A DNA stretch of 64,000 bases. It comes from Lama guanicoe. Its lineage: Eukaryota. Below are positions 37,720 through 50,180 of this stretch, piece by piece. Under the pieces are notes generated by a model. That model had not been told where the DNA came from and searched no databases. It saw nothing but the letters and a program-made list of their open reading frames with translations. Location of the stretch: NCBI GenBank assembly GCA_013239625.1, contig MU054391.1, forward strand, positions 2,137,130 to 2,201,129. The letters run 5' to 3'. Each line of letters opens with the position of its first letter. Positions within the stretch are counted from its first letter, which is position 1. Position numbers and translations under genes: made by a program.

Positions 37720-38630
37720 AGATTTCGCTACCAGGTGAACGTGTCACTCCTGAGCAAAGATAACTAAGGACCATCTCAGACAAACACAGGAGCGGGGAAT
37801 CCACACCAGATGGGCAGCGTGGTCCGTGATTAAGCGAGTTCACGCCAGCTGAAGGAGCGTGGCACCAGATACACAAAGGGCTGTGAAGAGGCATCGTTTG
37901 TAAGTATAAGCTATCTGAATCAGCTCGTTTTCTCATTTCAATCTTATTAAAATAATTAACCATTTAAATAAAAGTAACAATAGGGGTTTGGGCTTTAGGA
38001 CACAGAAATATGTGACAGCGGCACAACGGACGGGAGAGGAAAGGGCAGAATGTTTTGCGCGTCTTACGTGACAAGTGACACAGTGTGGCACTGTTTGAAG
38101 GTGGGCGTTTAGGATACAGATGAGTATAGTGAACCCCGAGGCAGTTGGTGAAACAATAACTGCAGAGCACTTTTTCAAAAAGGTGGTCTAAGAAGCTGTG
38201 AGTGGAAATAAAATGTGAACATAAGAATATATTTAATTCAAACTAAAACAGGAAAGAGGGAAAATAGAGTAAGCAACAGATGGGACAAATAAAAGACAGG
38301 TTTTATTTAAAATAAAAGACAGTTTTATTTAAAACTGGGTGTCAGATTTAAATAAAAACGTATCAATACTGATGTGACTTACTAATGACCCGAGTGGTAT
38401 TTGAAGACTGAGATTGTCAGACTGGATGAAAAACAGGCCCAACCGCAGGCTGTCCAGCGGAGCACAAACAGGCTGAAGGAGAGCAGAAAGAAAGGTACGT
38501 CCTAAAAATATGAATCCCCTCCAAGTTTAATTGGCTATATTAACCTCAGACGGGGTAAACTTCAAAGCAAGAAATGTTACTAAGGAAAAAGGAGACATTA
38601 TGGCATGAGTAGGGGTTAGTTCATCAAGGG
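37720..38630 (+). mobile_element. Ancient L1M ORF1 C-terminus / inter-ORF / ORF2 endonuclease start
   Basis: ctcagacaaacac..gctgaaggagcgtggcaccagata (ORF1 end) and gagattgtcagactggatgaaaaac..ggctatattaacctcagac..acttcaaagcaagaaatgttact (EN start). Confidence 0.75.
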
Positions 38631-39084
38631 CTATGAAAGGGTTATAAGAGGATCGAAGTGGAGAGGAAGGATGTGACAGTTTGGGGATGGGAGCCACACA
38701 CCGGAATTTTTTTTTAAGATTTCCAGTAATTTCAATGAAAAGAGCAGGTATGATAAGACTTACTTGCTTCTCTACCGGAATCTCACACACACGGGTGAGG
38801 GTGCCCCCTGGAGCACCGTCCACGTTCCAGCCGACGGTGCCCACAGCGGAGAGCGGCAAGTCACACCGGCACCACAGGGGTCCAGACTCACGTCAGCTCG
38901 CGCCTGCAAACTGCCCCTCACCTCCGCAGCCACGCTTACTAGCTCAGCGGCGTTTCAGCAACAGGAAATCTGTGCCCACTGAAAACAAACCAGCAGAAAG
39001 AGACGTCCTGATTCAGCTAGCACGTTCACTCTGAGGGTGCCGAGCTGGCGTGGGCCACACCCCTACGGGGACCCTCTTCAGCTT

Positions 39085-39127
39085 AGGTCATTTAGGTCAT
39101 TTCTTCCTGAGTGGCTGCCTGACCTTT
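39085..39127. promoter_or_regulatory. Nuclear-receptor motifs: perfect DR3 and NBRE
   Basis: AGGTCA-ttt-AGGTCA at 39085-39099 and TGACCTTT (reverse AAAGGTCA) at 39120-39127. Confidence 0.3.
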
Positions 39128-39605
39128 TGCTTTGCACTCCGAGCTCAGAAGCACATGTACAAGTGCCCTGCATTTGAGAGAGAGAGAGACAGCGAGAACC
39201 CCCAGGGTACCCAGATGGAAGCTGTGTGTGATAACGGTCACGAAATTTACCCAAACATACCGATGTGTTAATGGAGAAACTGGCTTTTTGGGTATTAATC
39301 TGAAGCCCACAGTCTGTCCGGCAATGACATGGCTCCGTCTTTAAAGATACTCGGCTGTTCCGAATGTGTCTGAGATGGGAGAGTCTCACGACGTTAAGCT
39401 CCTGCCCGTGTCAGGCTGACGGGGAGAGCCACCTGCCACCTGCGCTGAGGGCAGGGTCCGCCAAAATGTACCCGCTCCGGCGCGGCAACCACTAGTTCTC
39501 GTCTTCCTTGGCTTCTCTGTCCTCGTAGTGAGAAGATGTCATTGTGACTTAATGAAATGGGGTTACTCATAACTTAGTTTTTCAAGCTTCAATAATATCA
39601 TTCTT

Positions 39606-39699
39606 TACTTTTTACTGACTTATTTTTTTAATTGAAGCACAGCCAGTTACACTGAAGCACAGTTTCTGGCGTCCAGCACAGTGTCCCTGCAGTGCATAG
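39606..39699 (-). mobile_element. Very short L1 3' end with 9-bp TSD
   Basis: ttttttaattgaagcacagccagttac..tttctggcgtccagcac. The TSD atcattctt sits at 39597-39605 and 39700-39708. Confidence 0.7.
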
Positions 39700-41162
39700 A
39701 TCATTCTTAATGAGGGAGCTCTCTCCGTGTAGGACAAGTCCTTTATAGGGCATTTTACGCATAAAGGGCCCTGGAGAAGGGTCTGGAAGAAGCTTGTAAA
39801 AACAGAGCTCTCCATTAAAGCGAAATAAATCGGTGACAGCTGTTGTCTTGACAGTGGGTACAGAAGACTTAATTCAGAGCAATCCCAGGATGTATTTTAT
39901 TTAAAGACGAGGAGAGGAGCAAAAGGATCTAGAGGAGAGATTACAGGGGGACGGTCTCAAAACTTCAGAAGGTGAAACGCTGCCATGGCAGGTGGGAGTG
40001 AGGACGCCCTGCCAGGACCAAAGAGGGAGCTGCGCTGGGGGTGCGGGAGCGTGGGAACTCAAATAACTGTCACTTAGATCCGCACGCACCGTAGCTGTCT
40101 GCGCTTTGGAGGCAGAATGAGCCCTCGGGAAGCTTCCAGGTCTGGCAACCATGTAAGCCTCACAAGGAGGCCAGACACCCTCTCCGCGCCCAGAGCCGCC
40201 CGGACCCCCGCCCTGTGCGAGTGCGGCTCTGCCCCCGGGCGGCGGGGTCCCCGCGGGGTCCCCTCGGGGTCCCCACGCATCACACGCTGAGCCACTTCCT
40301 TCTACCTGTGACCTTCAAGCCTCAGTTCCTCTGTCGGGAAATTGGCTGCAGTGTGGGTTCGCGTTTCTGTGGTTCAACATTTTGTACGAGAGCTCAGGAA
40401 ATGAGAGAAAAAGCGTGAAATCTGACTTCAGCACCTAAATGTCTGGAGAGCTGGTCGTGTCCTTTACACGTGACCCAGAAGTCGGCTGAGTGCTCTGTGT
40501 TTCCACGATTATCTGAGGCTGACTCATCTTCATCTGAACAGGTATAAAGCCCCCACTCCCGTCAGGGGGTGAGAACCAGAGGTAGCTTTCCCCAGGCACC
40601 TCTGAGGCCCCCTCGAGGGCAGCTGGTCTCCCCCTGACCCCCTGACCTCCCCTGAGTCCCTGTCCTGTGCTGTCGCTCCAAGTCTCGGCAGGTGTGACCT
40701 TCTCCTCTCTGACCTTGAACAGCACAAATACGGAATGCAGCTGTTTTGTCTTTTGATTTTCCTCCCTGTGAACACAAGGCGGTGTGGGCCACAGCCACAC
40801 TGCAATGATGAGGGTCAGGGATGGCGTTCGCCACGTGGTACAGGCACCGATCAGTTTAAACACATTAGTAGGCATGTTTACTTTTAAGGTCCTCTCACTG
40901 TCCTTGCAACCAGAATTCAGACTTTTCCTTCTGTCGTGTCCTCCCCTCTCCCCACCTCCCTCTGTCTTATTTCTTCCTCATCCTCCAAAGCCCTCCTTAC
41001 ATGATGTTTTGATCAATATATGAAGCTCTGACCTAGGTCTGGGGGTAAAACAAGACAAAGCAAAACTGACAGGTAATGCAAAAGACAGAAATGTACTGAC
41101 ACGTGTCAACCCACGCGATCCGAGCTTCCTGCTACCTGAGGGGCTTCTCGAGCATCACGCTG

Positions 41163-41670
41163 CTGTTTCAGTCACTCACCGCTGAATGACAGATTGCACT
41201 CACATGCAGTGGCTTAAACACAGACCCTTGTCATCTCACAGGTTCTGCGTATCAGCAATTTCGAGAAGGTCTTTGCTCGGTAGTTTGGCTGAGCATCTCC
41301 GGTGAGGCCGTGGTCGGCGTGACAGTTATCCGAAGGCGTGACTGGGGCCAGAGGACCTTCTTTACTGGCAGCTCACTCACTCAGCTGTGGGAAGATGCCT
41401 CACTTCTTTGCCCCTTCTTTGTCTCTGAAGGACAGTGGGGTGTCCTTTTGGTACAGCTTCTGGCTTCTCCCAGGCCATGTAGACCAAGAGAGTTCGGAGG
41501 AAGTCATGGTGCCTTTCCTGACCTGGTCTCTGAAGGCACAACCATTGCAGCTGCTACATTAACTTGGCTATGAAAAGCCCGCCCTCTTTATTGTAGGAGG
41601 GGGCAACATGAGGGTGTGAACACCAGGAGACGGAGGGCACGGAGGTCTGGCTGGAGGGTCGCTGCCGTGG
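41163..41670 (-). mobile_element. MLT1F/H-like MaLR solo LTR
   Basis: gtggcttaaaca..tctcacaggttctg..gaaggcgtgactggggccagagga..ctcactcac..agggtgtgaacaccaggag. Confidence 0.8.
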
Positions 41671-44600
41671 GTGCAGTTATAAGGCAAGTGTCATGGCAGG
41701 TGGTATCCAAGGAGGGCTTCACAAAAGACACGCTGTTCAGAGTAGCCTACAAGGAAAAATAGAATTTCAACACGCAGAAAACTGTGAACAAGTAACAGCA
41801 AATTCACGGGAGGGTAGGGAACACAGCTCACTGTAAATGTGAACTATGGCTGTTTTGAATAACGGGAAGCAGGGCAATGTGCTTGGAGTTACTGATGAAG
41901 AGAGAGGAGGGGGGAGCCAGGAAAGAATGATGAGGGAAAAACAGATGAGTCAAATCGTGTCTGAAATATCACTGGAGGCAGGAAAGCTTGACACAGTAAA
42001 GACTGGAAACCACGTGCTTAAATAGGAAAGTAAAAATACCAAAGTCATCTCAGCAAGACTGATGATTGGCTGGAGTGCAAGGATTGAAGTGGACATTTGC
42101 TGGCTTTCTAGAATCTGTGTCCTCCTTTCCATGGGTCCTCCTTGTACTTAGCAGTCTGCTTTCCCTTGGGAGGCTGGACGTGGCCGGGGCACTGACCGCT
42201 GCGAGGTCACAGACTGGCTCGGGGTGGATCCTGGCCTGGACCATCCCAACACGAAGGTGCCTGAAGGCGACTGAATGTAGTGGTGGGGCCCCACGTGAGT
42301 GGTGAGGACAGAGGCCAGGCACCGGTGCAGCCAGCAGAGCTCCTGACCGGGGACTGAGAGCGGGCCGACGTCGACCCAGGAGGACCGGCAGAGGATGGAG
42401 GGCAGCAGAGGAGGTTATGAGCCCCGACAGCACCACATGCCTCGGGCAGAAAATCACACCTAAACCAGCCTTTTATCTGGCCTGCCTCCGCTCTGGTCTG
42501 GGTTTCAGCTGGCTGGAGTCAGACTTTTGCTGCTTTTACTTGACAACTTTCTACCCAATGTAGATATAATCACAGTAAATATATTTTTCAAATGTCATTA
42601 CGAAAGGTCTGTCCATCGCTGTCCTTCTGAGGTTGCAGGCTCTGTTAGGATTGGGGACTGAGTGCAGGTGCGTGAACGTAGTGTCTTTCTATGCTGTGTG
42701 TGGCCTCCATTTTCACTAGAAGAGCAGGCTGGCTCATTGTCTCTTGTGCGATCTGGTATCAACCCACTACATATTTAATGTGCTATTCAATCATGTGTTT
42801 ACCCCCCATCTAGTCAATCATAATTAAACAACCTTTACTGAACAACAATAGCATGTAATGTAGAATTCTGGGAGCCAAGAGGCCGCGGTGCGTTGATGGA
42901 TGGAGGGAAAATGAACACACAGGGATGCGCACACATGTCCGTCTGTAACATCTGTGTTTACATTTATCTGCGATATTAAAGCCAGTCACTCCCCATGCTC
43001 TGCACAGCTTATCCTCCAATTCTGTTCATCCTAAACTCCTACGAGCTTGTCAGAGTGGCCTGCAGAGCACGGACTGAGAGCTCAGGGGTCGGGGACAGGG
43101 CTGGCAGGACCAGGCGGCACAACCTTAGGAACTGGAGACAAACAGTCTTTCTGGATTTCTACGCCCAGGTCGGAGGGAGGGCGGGAGGTGTCTGACGGAG
43201 ACGGTGGGGAATCTGCATTATTGGCTGGGTGGGGGTTTGCCCCAGCCGCAGGTTAGGCTGGAAACTGAACATTCTGTTTAAAAATTGAGCAGCATCACAG
43301 TGAGTCTCCGTGTTTTGTTTTCGTCATCAATCCACATGCCTGTGTTTATTGGTCTTGATTCCTAGTGAGCACCTTCATAAAGTGCATGATTTTCCTTTCG
43401 ACAGTTTCTTCACACACAAGGGGAAAAAGGTTGAAGTCAGATGAGCAAGTGGATATGGAACACTTTATTGCAAATGTATTCAGTAGCCGGACTTAACACA
43501 CACCCTCCAGCCCTGTGCACCTGCCTGTGACTTGAGATAAAGACACAGCATGCATTTCATTTTCTTATGGTCGTTTTTCACAAATAAGGCTTATTTAAAA
43601 ACTTGTCATGGTTATGGGGTCTTTGTTCGTTTAGTAAACATGACTGATGGGTCATCAGCAACACGCGTGACACTCAGTGGCCAATCCTATCAAAAACGTG
43701 TTTTACGAAGTGCTTCTGAAGCAGAGCCTTACCTGCAGTGTGACCTGCACGTGTGTTCCGTGATGTTTTTTCAAGTAAATACCACGTCAATAATTCAGCT
43801 AAAGATAATGCCATCCTTCCCATCCCCAGAGATAAGTTTATTTAAAAAAAATCCTATATTTTCTCCTTATTTCTTGCTTTACTTTTGCAACTTATTTTTA
43901 CATTGGTATTTACGTGTTTCTTATTAGAACCAACATTAGTCACCAGGAGACTGAGCTGAATTTTAAATCCGTACCAAATGGTTGCATAGTCAAGAAATTC
44001 ATCTTTTGTATCAACCGTTATACAAATTCCGATTCCACAGACCCCAAAATGGCTTGGTTTTGCACTTTTCCTTTATCCTCTAATGGGTGGGGTTTTCACT
44101 GCTGTCAGGGTGACTACGTACTGTACGAAATTCGGATTCCAGTCATTAACTGTTTTAATAAAAAATGCAATCACAAATGAAATTGCAGCCCAGTGCTCCC
44201 TCTTCTTGCATCTTTCCAGCAGCACAACAGGAGCTCAGCCACGTGATTGAGTCGACTCGCAGGGAAGCTGTTCCGACCCCCAGTCCCTGCAGGGAGCGCT
44301 CGAGCCAGGCAGGGCTGCCGGTGGCCCGGGGAGGGCGAGCAGGCGGCTTCTCCGCAGGACAGCCCTGCCTCCTGGAGTGTCCTGACCTGGTGTCAGTGGC
44401 TGGGGAGCCCTGATGCCACTTTTGGTGACGCATCCACAAGATAATCTTTTTAAAGTACATCTTCCTCGGCAGTGAACTTGTGAAGTGTGTCTGAGTGCTG
44501 AGTGCAGCTCCGTCACCCTGATCTTCCCTGTCACCGGGCGGCCTCCCAGCGCAGCTCCGGGGCGTCTCGATCTCGTCGGTGCTCGAGCTGACGCGCAGTC

Positions 44601-46733
44601 GATCAGGTGACCGAGGTTCCAGGCGTTCACTGCAAAGACCGTGCTGCTCACTGAGGTCGGCAGCCCAGAAGCTGGCCATTCTACTGTCACTCCAGCAAAC
44701 CTGGTCCCCAGGGAGGCCGGCACTGCCCCACCAGGCTGCTGCGCTCCGAGCCCACTGCACGGCCGCCCGGCCACGAGGACGGCTGCGGTCCGAGGAAGAG
44801 GGACACTGAAATACTGCTATGCAGTGACTTCAAATCCACTTGTGTATGACAAAAAAGAGGATCTTATAAGCAAAGTTGTTTTGACACAAAAGTGAAATTG
44901 TGTCAGGATGTGGCCCTTGGCCTGCAGTTGCTGACAAGCACAGGGCAGCTTGGCTACGGAGGCCCCTCCGGGGGCTTGTCCACAAGGACCCTCGAGGGGA
45001 AGCTCTGTGGGGGGCGCATTTAGATTCTAAACATGCAGAGACGGTGAGGATGACCCCAGAGTGTTGGGTCTGGCCAGCGGGACTCTTTGCTGCTCTGAAT
45101 ACTCTCCGAAGACCTTGAGGCACTAGCTCCTACCTGGGCCAGGTGAATCTCTGCTCAGCAGTGGTGAGAACCACGCAGCGGCCCCTCGAGGAAGGTCATC
45201 TTGCCCACTGACGCCAGCATCTTTGTTCCCTAGCAACACGCCCTCGCAGCAAAGGGCTTCGCTTCCATGCTGGCAGCTGGATGCCACTCCTGGTGGCTGA
45301 GCCGTCTCTCCCGAGAACCAGCTCTTAGAACAGACTTTTCTCCTTTCACCTTCCCCTTGCCTGAAACAGTGGTGAAGTGAGTCCATCACTGGTTTGGCGC
45401 ATGCTGTTATCCTTTTTTGGCTTATTAACAGACATTATCCTGCACGTTACTGGCTTGTAAAATTATTACAATTCCCGCAGTGAACCTGTGTTAAATAAAA
45501 ATTGGCAAAGACAATTTCAGTCTCTGAGAGTAATTTTTCCCAAAACAAAACGAATACGTGACGTGACTCACCTGATAAACGTGACGTATCTGCGGGGCGG
45601 GGAGGAAGCCCCGGAAGGGGAGCCCTTACTCTGCTTGGTCGCCTGGGAACACCTCCCGGAGGATGGATAGGGGACTTGAAATCAGAACCAGCGGCATTTT
45701 GGAAAATAAGAGGAGGTCACCTCGTGTGTGTAATGAGATGGGTTGAGCTGCTGCAGAGAGAGAGTGAAGAGTGAATTCTAGGTGCGGGGAACATCCCCAA
45801 GGTCACATATGTGATATTGAGAGTGCAGTCATTAAACTGTAATGTTACAGGCTCCTCTCATCAGAGCATTTAAAGGTGCTGCACACAGAGAAAATGTCCT
45901 GGTGCTTCGTGGTAGGAGGCGACTTTATCGCCCAGGTACTCAGCCTGACGCCTCTTGCCTCTAAAGCGACTTTAACACCCCTCCCGTCATGGAAGTGTTC
46001 AGGAAATGAAACCATCCATGACCCCACAGAGAAAACACAAGTGCTCTCATGGACCGTGCACTGATTGGAGACGGAAAGTTGCAGCTCTACCAGCTGTTAT
46101 GGGAAGTGAATGTTGAAGGCCAAGTCTTTACACACTGTAAGGCAGTGCAGGGCCAAACTGAGCAGGGATGGCTTCATGGTCAATAATGTATATCCTGAAG
46201 ACACCAGGCCCAAGGGATGCGAGACCTCAGGGTGCCCTGGGGACAGAATCCAGACTGAACCAGCACAGAGAGGGTTCCTTCAACCATGTTAGTTAGGGGG
46301 TCCTCAGGATTCTGTAGTGGGCAGATTGGGAACTGGATACCAAAACCCACCACATAGCGTTCTCTGCTGGTTAAGAACCCGTTTGTGACCTGGAAATGGG
46401 ACTATTCATGGGAGTTAAATCCAGAGTAAACTGAAGGCCATTTGCAATCCTAGGGCATCTACCAGTGAACCTGCATTTTCAAGAGGAATGTCTGGAGTAG
46501 GAAGAACCTCACGGAGCACAGTATTTTAATGACATGGGTGTTAAGAGATGGCTTCTCTTCTGGTGAAGATCTGACATCTATGACAAAGTCAAAGATGCTT
46601 GGTTGCTGGGTGCAGGCATTGAAGTAGAGAGAAGAAAGGGAGACCCAAAATCTTGGCAGCAAGATCTTAAGGATAGAATGTGGTGGCTGAGAAATTCTTT
46701 TCTTTGTTAATATCTCATTTGCCTCAGAAAAAA

Positions 46734-47268
46734 TTTTTAAATTGAAGTAGAGTTGATTTACAATGTTGTGTTAGTTTCTGTTGTATACAATAGTGATTCA
46801 GTTACACACACACACATATGTGTGTGTATATATATATATTCTTTTTCATGTTATTTATCATTATAGGTTATTACAAGATATTGAATATTGCTTCCCAAGC
46901 TGTACAGGAGGTCCTTGCTGTTTATTTTATATATAGTAGTTAATATCTGTGAGTCCCAGACTCCTAATTTATCCCTCCCCACCCCTCTTTCCCCCCTGGT
47001 AACCATAGTTTGTTTTCTATGTCTGTAAGTCTATTTCTGTTTTGTAAATAAGTTCATTTGTGCCATTTCTTTTTTAGATTCCACATATAAGTGATGTCAT
47101 ATGGTATTTGTCTTTCTCTTTCTGACTTACTTCACTTAGTATGATGATCTCCAGGTCCATCCATGTTGCTGCAAGTGGCATTATTTCATTCTTTTTTATG
47201 GCTGAATAGTATTCCATTTTATAGAGATACCACAGCTTCTTTATCCAGTCCTCTGTCCTTGGACATTT
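46734..47268 (-). mobile_element. L1 ORF2 C-terminus plus 3' UTR (5'-truncated)
   Basis: ORF 47074-47274(-) reads WIKKLWYLYKMEYYSAIKKNEIMPLAATWMDLEIIILSEVSQKEKDKYHMTSLICGI. The 3' end is ttgaagtagagttgatttacaatgttgtgttag. Confidence 0.95.
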
Positions 47269-47459
47269 CTTCAAGCTGAGGAATAATAGATCCTTTTAAT
47301 AATAAAGATACTTTGAAGAATGAAAGGAAGATGAGAGTAGTTCTATGCTGATAATAATAAAAATAGTAAGTAATATTTGAATGCTTTCTGCATTCCAGGG
47401 CTTTCCAGATTGTTAATTTATTCCAACAATGGTGCTAAAAGTTAGGTAGAGAAGAGAAG

Positions 47460-47990
47460 ATCTTGCTGGTTATAATGACAGAAATCAAGTTTCAATTGGC
47501 TTAAACAGTAACTACTGCTGGTAAGAGCAGAGTGCTGCCTGGGATCCACACAGCTCATACAATGTGCTAGGCTCTATTTCAAGTCTTTGTGTATATTAAC
47601 TTGCTTAGTTTTTACAACGTCTTATGACAACATTGTTCTTGCTTAGGAAACTCTCTGGTCTCCTGCAAAAATGCCCACCAGCCTGCTAGCCTTACATCCC
47701 ATGTGTCTTAGCAACACAGCCAAAGAGAGCAGACCCCTTTCCAGAGAGCTCCAGCAGAAGTTTGGGCTTTTTTTCATAATCTGATGGTTGAGCCCACCTC
47801 AATCTTGCAATAAGTCACTGTGACTGTTAAGTACCAGGACTGAAGGCACACTGGTCCCTGGAGCATGAAGGATGGTGTCGGCCCCAGCCGAACCACGTGG
47901 GCCGAGTGTAGGAACTGGTGGTTCTCCAAGTAAGGAGAGTTGCTAGTTGACACAGGGAAGCAGGCCAGCAGACAATCACCATCTCAAAGT
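47460..47990 (-). mobile_element. Old MLT1(J/K/L)-like LTR, probably with an embedded MIR piece
   Basis: tggttataatgacagaaatcaag..tggcttaaac, and cctggagc..ccgaaccacgtgggccgagtg..ggtggttctccaag. Confidence 0.45.
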
Positions 47991-49130
47991 TTACGTAAGG
48001 CATGAAGGTCAGTCAAGCCAATATGACTCCAAGGCCAGCGCTCTTAAGCAAAGTAATTTCTTTGTACTTAACTCAGCGCCCCACTTTCGCGTGTAGAAAA
48101 GCCTCCTGTTCAGCGTCTGTTGTACCCTCATACCCTCGCTCCTCTGTTAGGTTTTTTTTTGGAGAATTATGGACTCAAAGGCTGTGGAGAGAAAATCAAA
48201 CTACAGTAGTTCTTTCTGCCGCTAAGAACAAGCGGCTCGGGCCGACATTTGCCAGTCCTCTGCCCCCGCTTCTGCTGAGAAACCTTCAGAATCACGGGGG
48301 CGGGCACGGGCCTGGCCCGACAGGAAGGGGGCCCTAGCTGCAGTGTTTGGGGAGGAAGGGGAGGGCAGCCCCAGAGATCTGCAGGGCCCGGGCCTCGGGC
48401 TACACTGTCTGCGATCCCGTATCAGCCTCCTTTCAGAGGGAAGGGCTTCTCAGGGTAAGAAAATCTCCACATCTTCTTTTAAAATGCAACATATTATTAC
48501 ATAAATACTCAGAAACTGTGCACGTGTGTAGTATGTCTACATACACTCACGTGCAGACAGGAGTCTGTGCGGCGCCAGCAGGCAGGAATGCCTCTCACAA
48601 AGGTCTGCTTTAAGGAGGCCGCTTTCGTTTCAGGGCAGGCACTGCCCTTTACACCGAGAAGCCTGGGCGAAGAGACCAGCATAAAAATGCTAAAATTAAC
48701 ACCTTAGACTTACATGGTACCTAGACAATGAAAACCCCTGTTTTCTCTTGTAGTGCTAAACAAAACTTGGGTCTTTGTCAAAACAAGTCCTTCAAGTGTT
48801 TGCAGATATTAGAGACATTAAGTTTTAAAACAACCTTCATAAAATAAAATTACAAAAAATTTTGATATTTTTTTCTGAAAAAAATGTAAAACTACACTTT
48901 AAAATTCCTATTCATTTTATTTAGGTTTCTATGCTTGTAGAAACTTATGTTTTAAAATTTTCATAAAAATAGAAGAAGAATTAAATGTCTTTAGTGTAGT
49001 TAAAATAACTCAAATTTCCAAGACAAGTAATTCGACACCCACAGGATTTCAAACAAAACCAATTAATAAGCGAATCAAAAAGTTAAATGTTCAGTTTCTA
49101 CCTAGCCTTCAGAAACAGAACCAGGGAAAC

Positions 49131-49362
49131 TGTGACATTGTGATTTACAATAAAAAACATGCATTTTGTCCTTGTCCCTGTTCCTGACGCAGAGCTCCAG
49201 AAACACTTGGAGTTTTCTTAGTGATGAGAGTGACAAAAGTGTCTTTTTTTATGTTAGTGAGGTGACTTTGGGACCACTCAAAGGTCACTTAAGATGGAGG
49301 CTGCATGCAGGGGAGCCGGCCACGTGGTTGGAGGGTTGGAGCTTTCAGACTCGCCACCTGAC
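49131..49362 (+). mobile_element. MER21/CarLTR1-like ERV LTR, 5' part
   Basis: tgtgacattgtgatttacaataa..cagagctccagaaacacttggagtttt..gtgatgagag..gttagtgaggtgactttggg..gagggttggagctttcag. Confidence 0.7.
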
Positions 49363-49807
49363 TTGGGTGCAGAACCCTGATCTGTGCCAGAATCAGTAAC
49401 TGGGTGAGCAGAAGTGGAATCTGGAGCAGAACTGTAGAAACTGTAATTAAATATTAAGAAAGGGGAAAAAAAGATCTAGAACACACTACCATGTTGTGTA
49501 AGTGCAGGTGTGTTAGTAAAGCTGGGTGGCGCTCACTGAGCGCTGGCTGTGTGCTAGTGCTGTGGGAACGATTCTACACATTTTCTGCATAGAACTGCTC
49601 CATTTTGCAGAAAGAACGTCAAGGCTTGGTGAGGCCGCACAGCTGACAAGTGACAGACATGTATTTCGCATCCTGGCGCTGTGTTTCCAGGGCTCTCTGT
49701 GCCAGCACTGCTGTGGGACCACCTCTCTCTTTTGCAAGCATGTATTAAACGTTTGTTCACTTAATTTCTGCACATGATCAGTTGTAACAACACTGCAGAA
49801 CAGGTGT

Positions 49808-50180
49808 TGTTATGGCTGAGTTGTGTGCCTCCCAGATCCAGCACCTCAGGTGGAATTAACTGAGACAAGGTCATCCTGGAGCTGGGTGGGTCTGGAATCC
49901 AACAGGGCTGGTGTCCCTAGAACAGGGAAATTTGCACATAGACACACGCCCGGGCAGAACTCCATGCGAAGATGAGGGCAGAGATCGGTAAGCCAGGGAA
50001 GGCTAAAGACGGCCAGCAAACCGCCAGACGCTGAGGAAGAGGCTGGGGACAGAGTCTCCCTCACAGCCTCTGAGGGAACAGCCTCACCGGCAGGCTGGTC
50101 TCGGGGCTCCCTCCTGATGTGCGCTGTGTAAGCTGTCGCCTTGTGTTGCTGTGACCCACCAGCCCCGGGACACTAACACG
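49808..50180 (+). mobile_element. MLT1B-like solo LTR inserted in a MIR
   Basis: tgttatggctgagttgtgt..ggccagcaaaccgccaga..acagagtctccctcacagcctctgagggaac..ctaacac. Confidence 0.85.
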
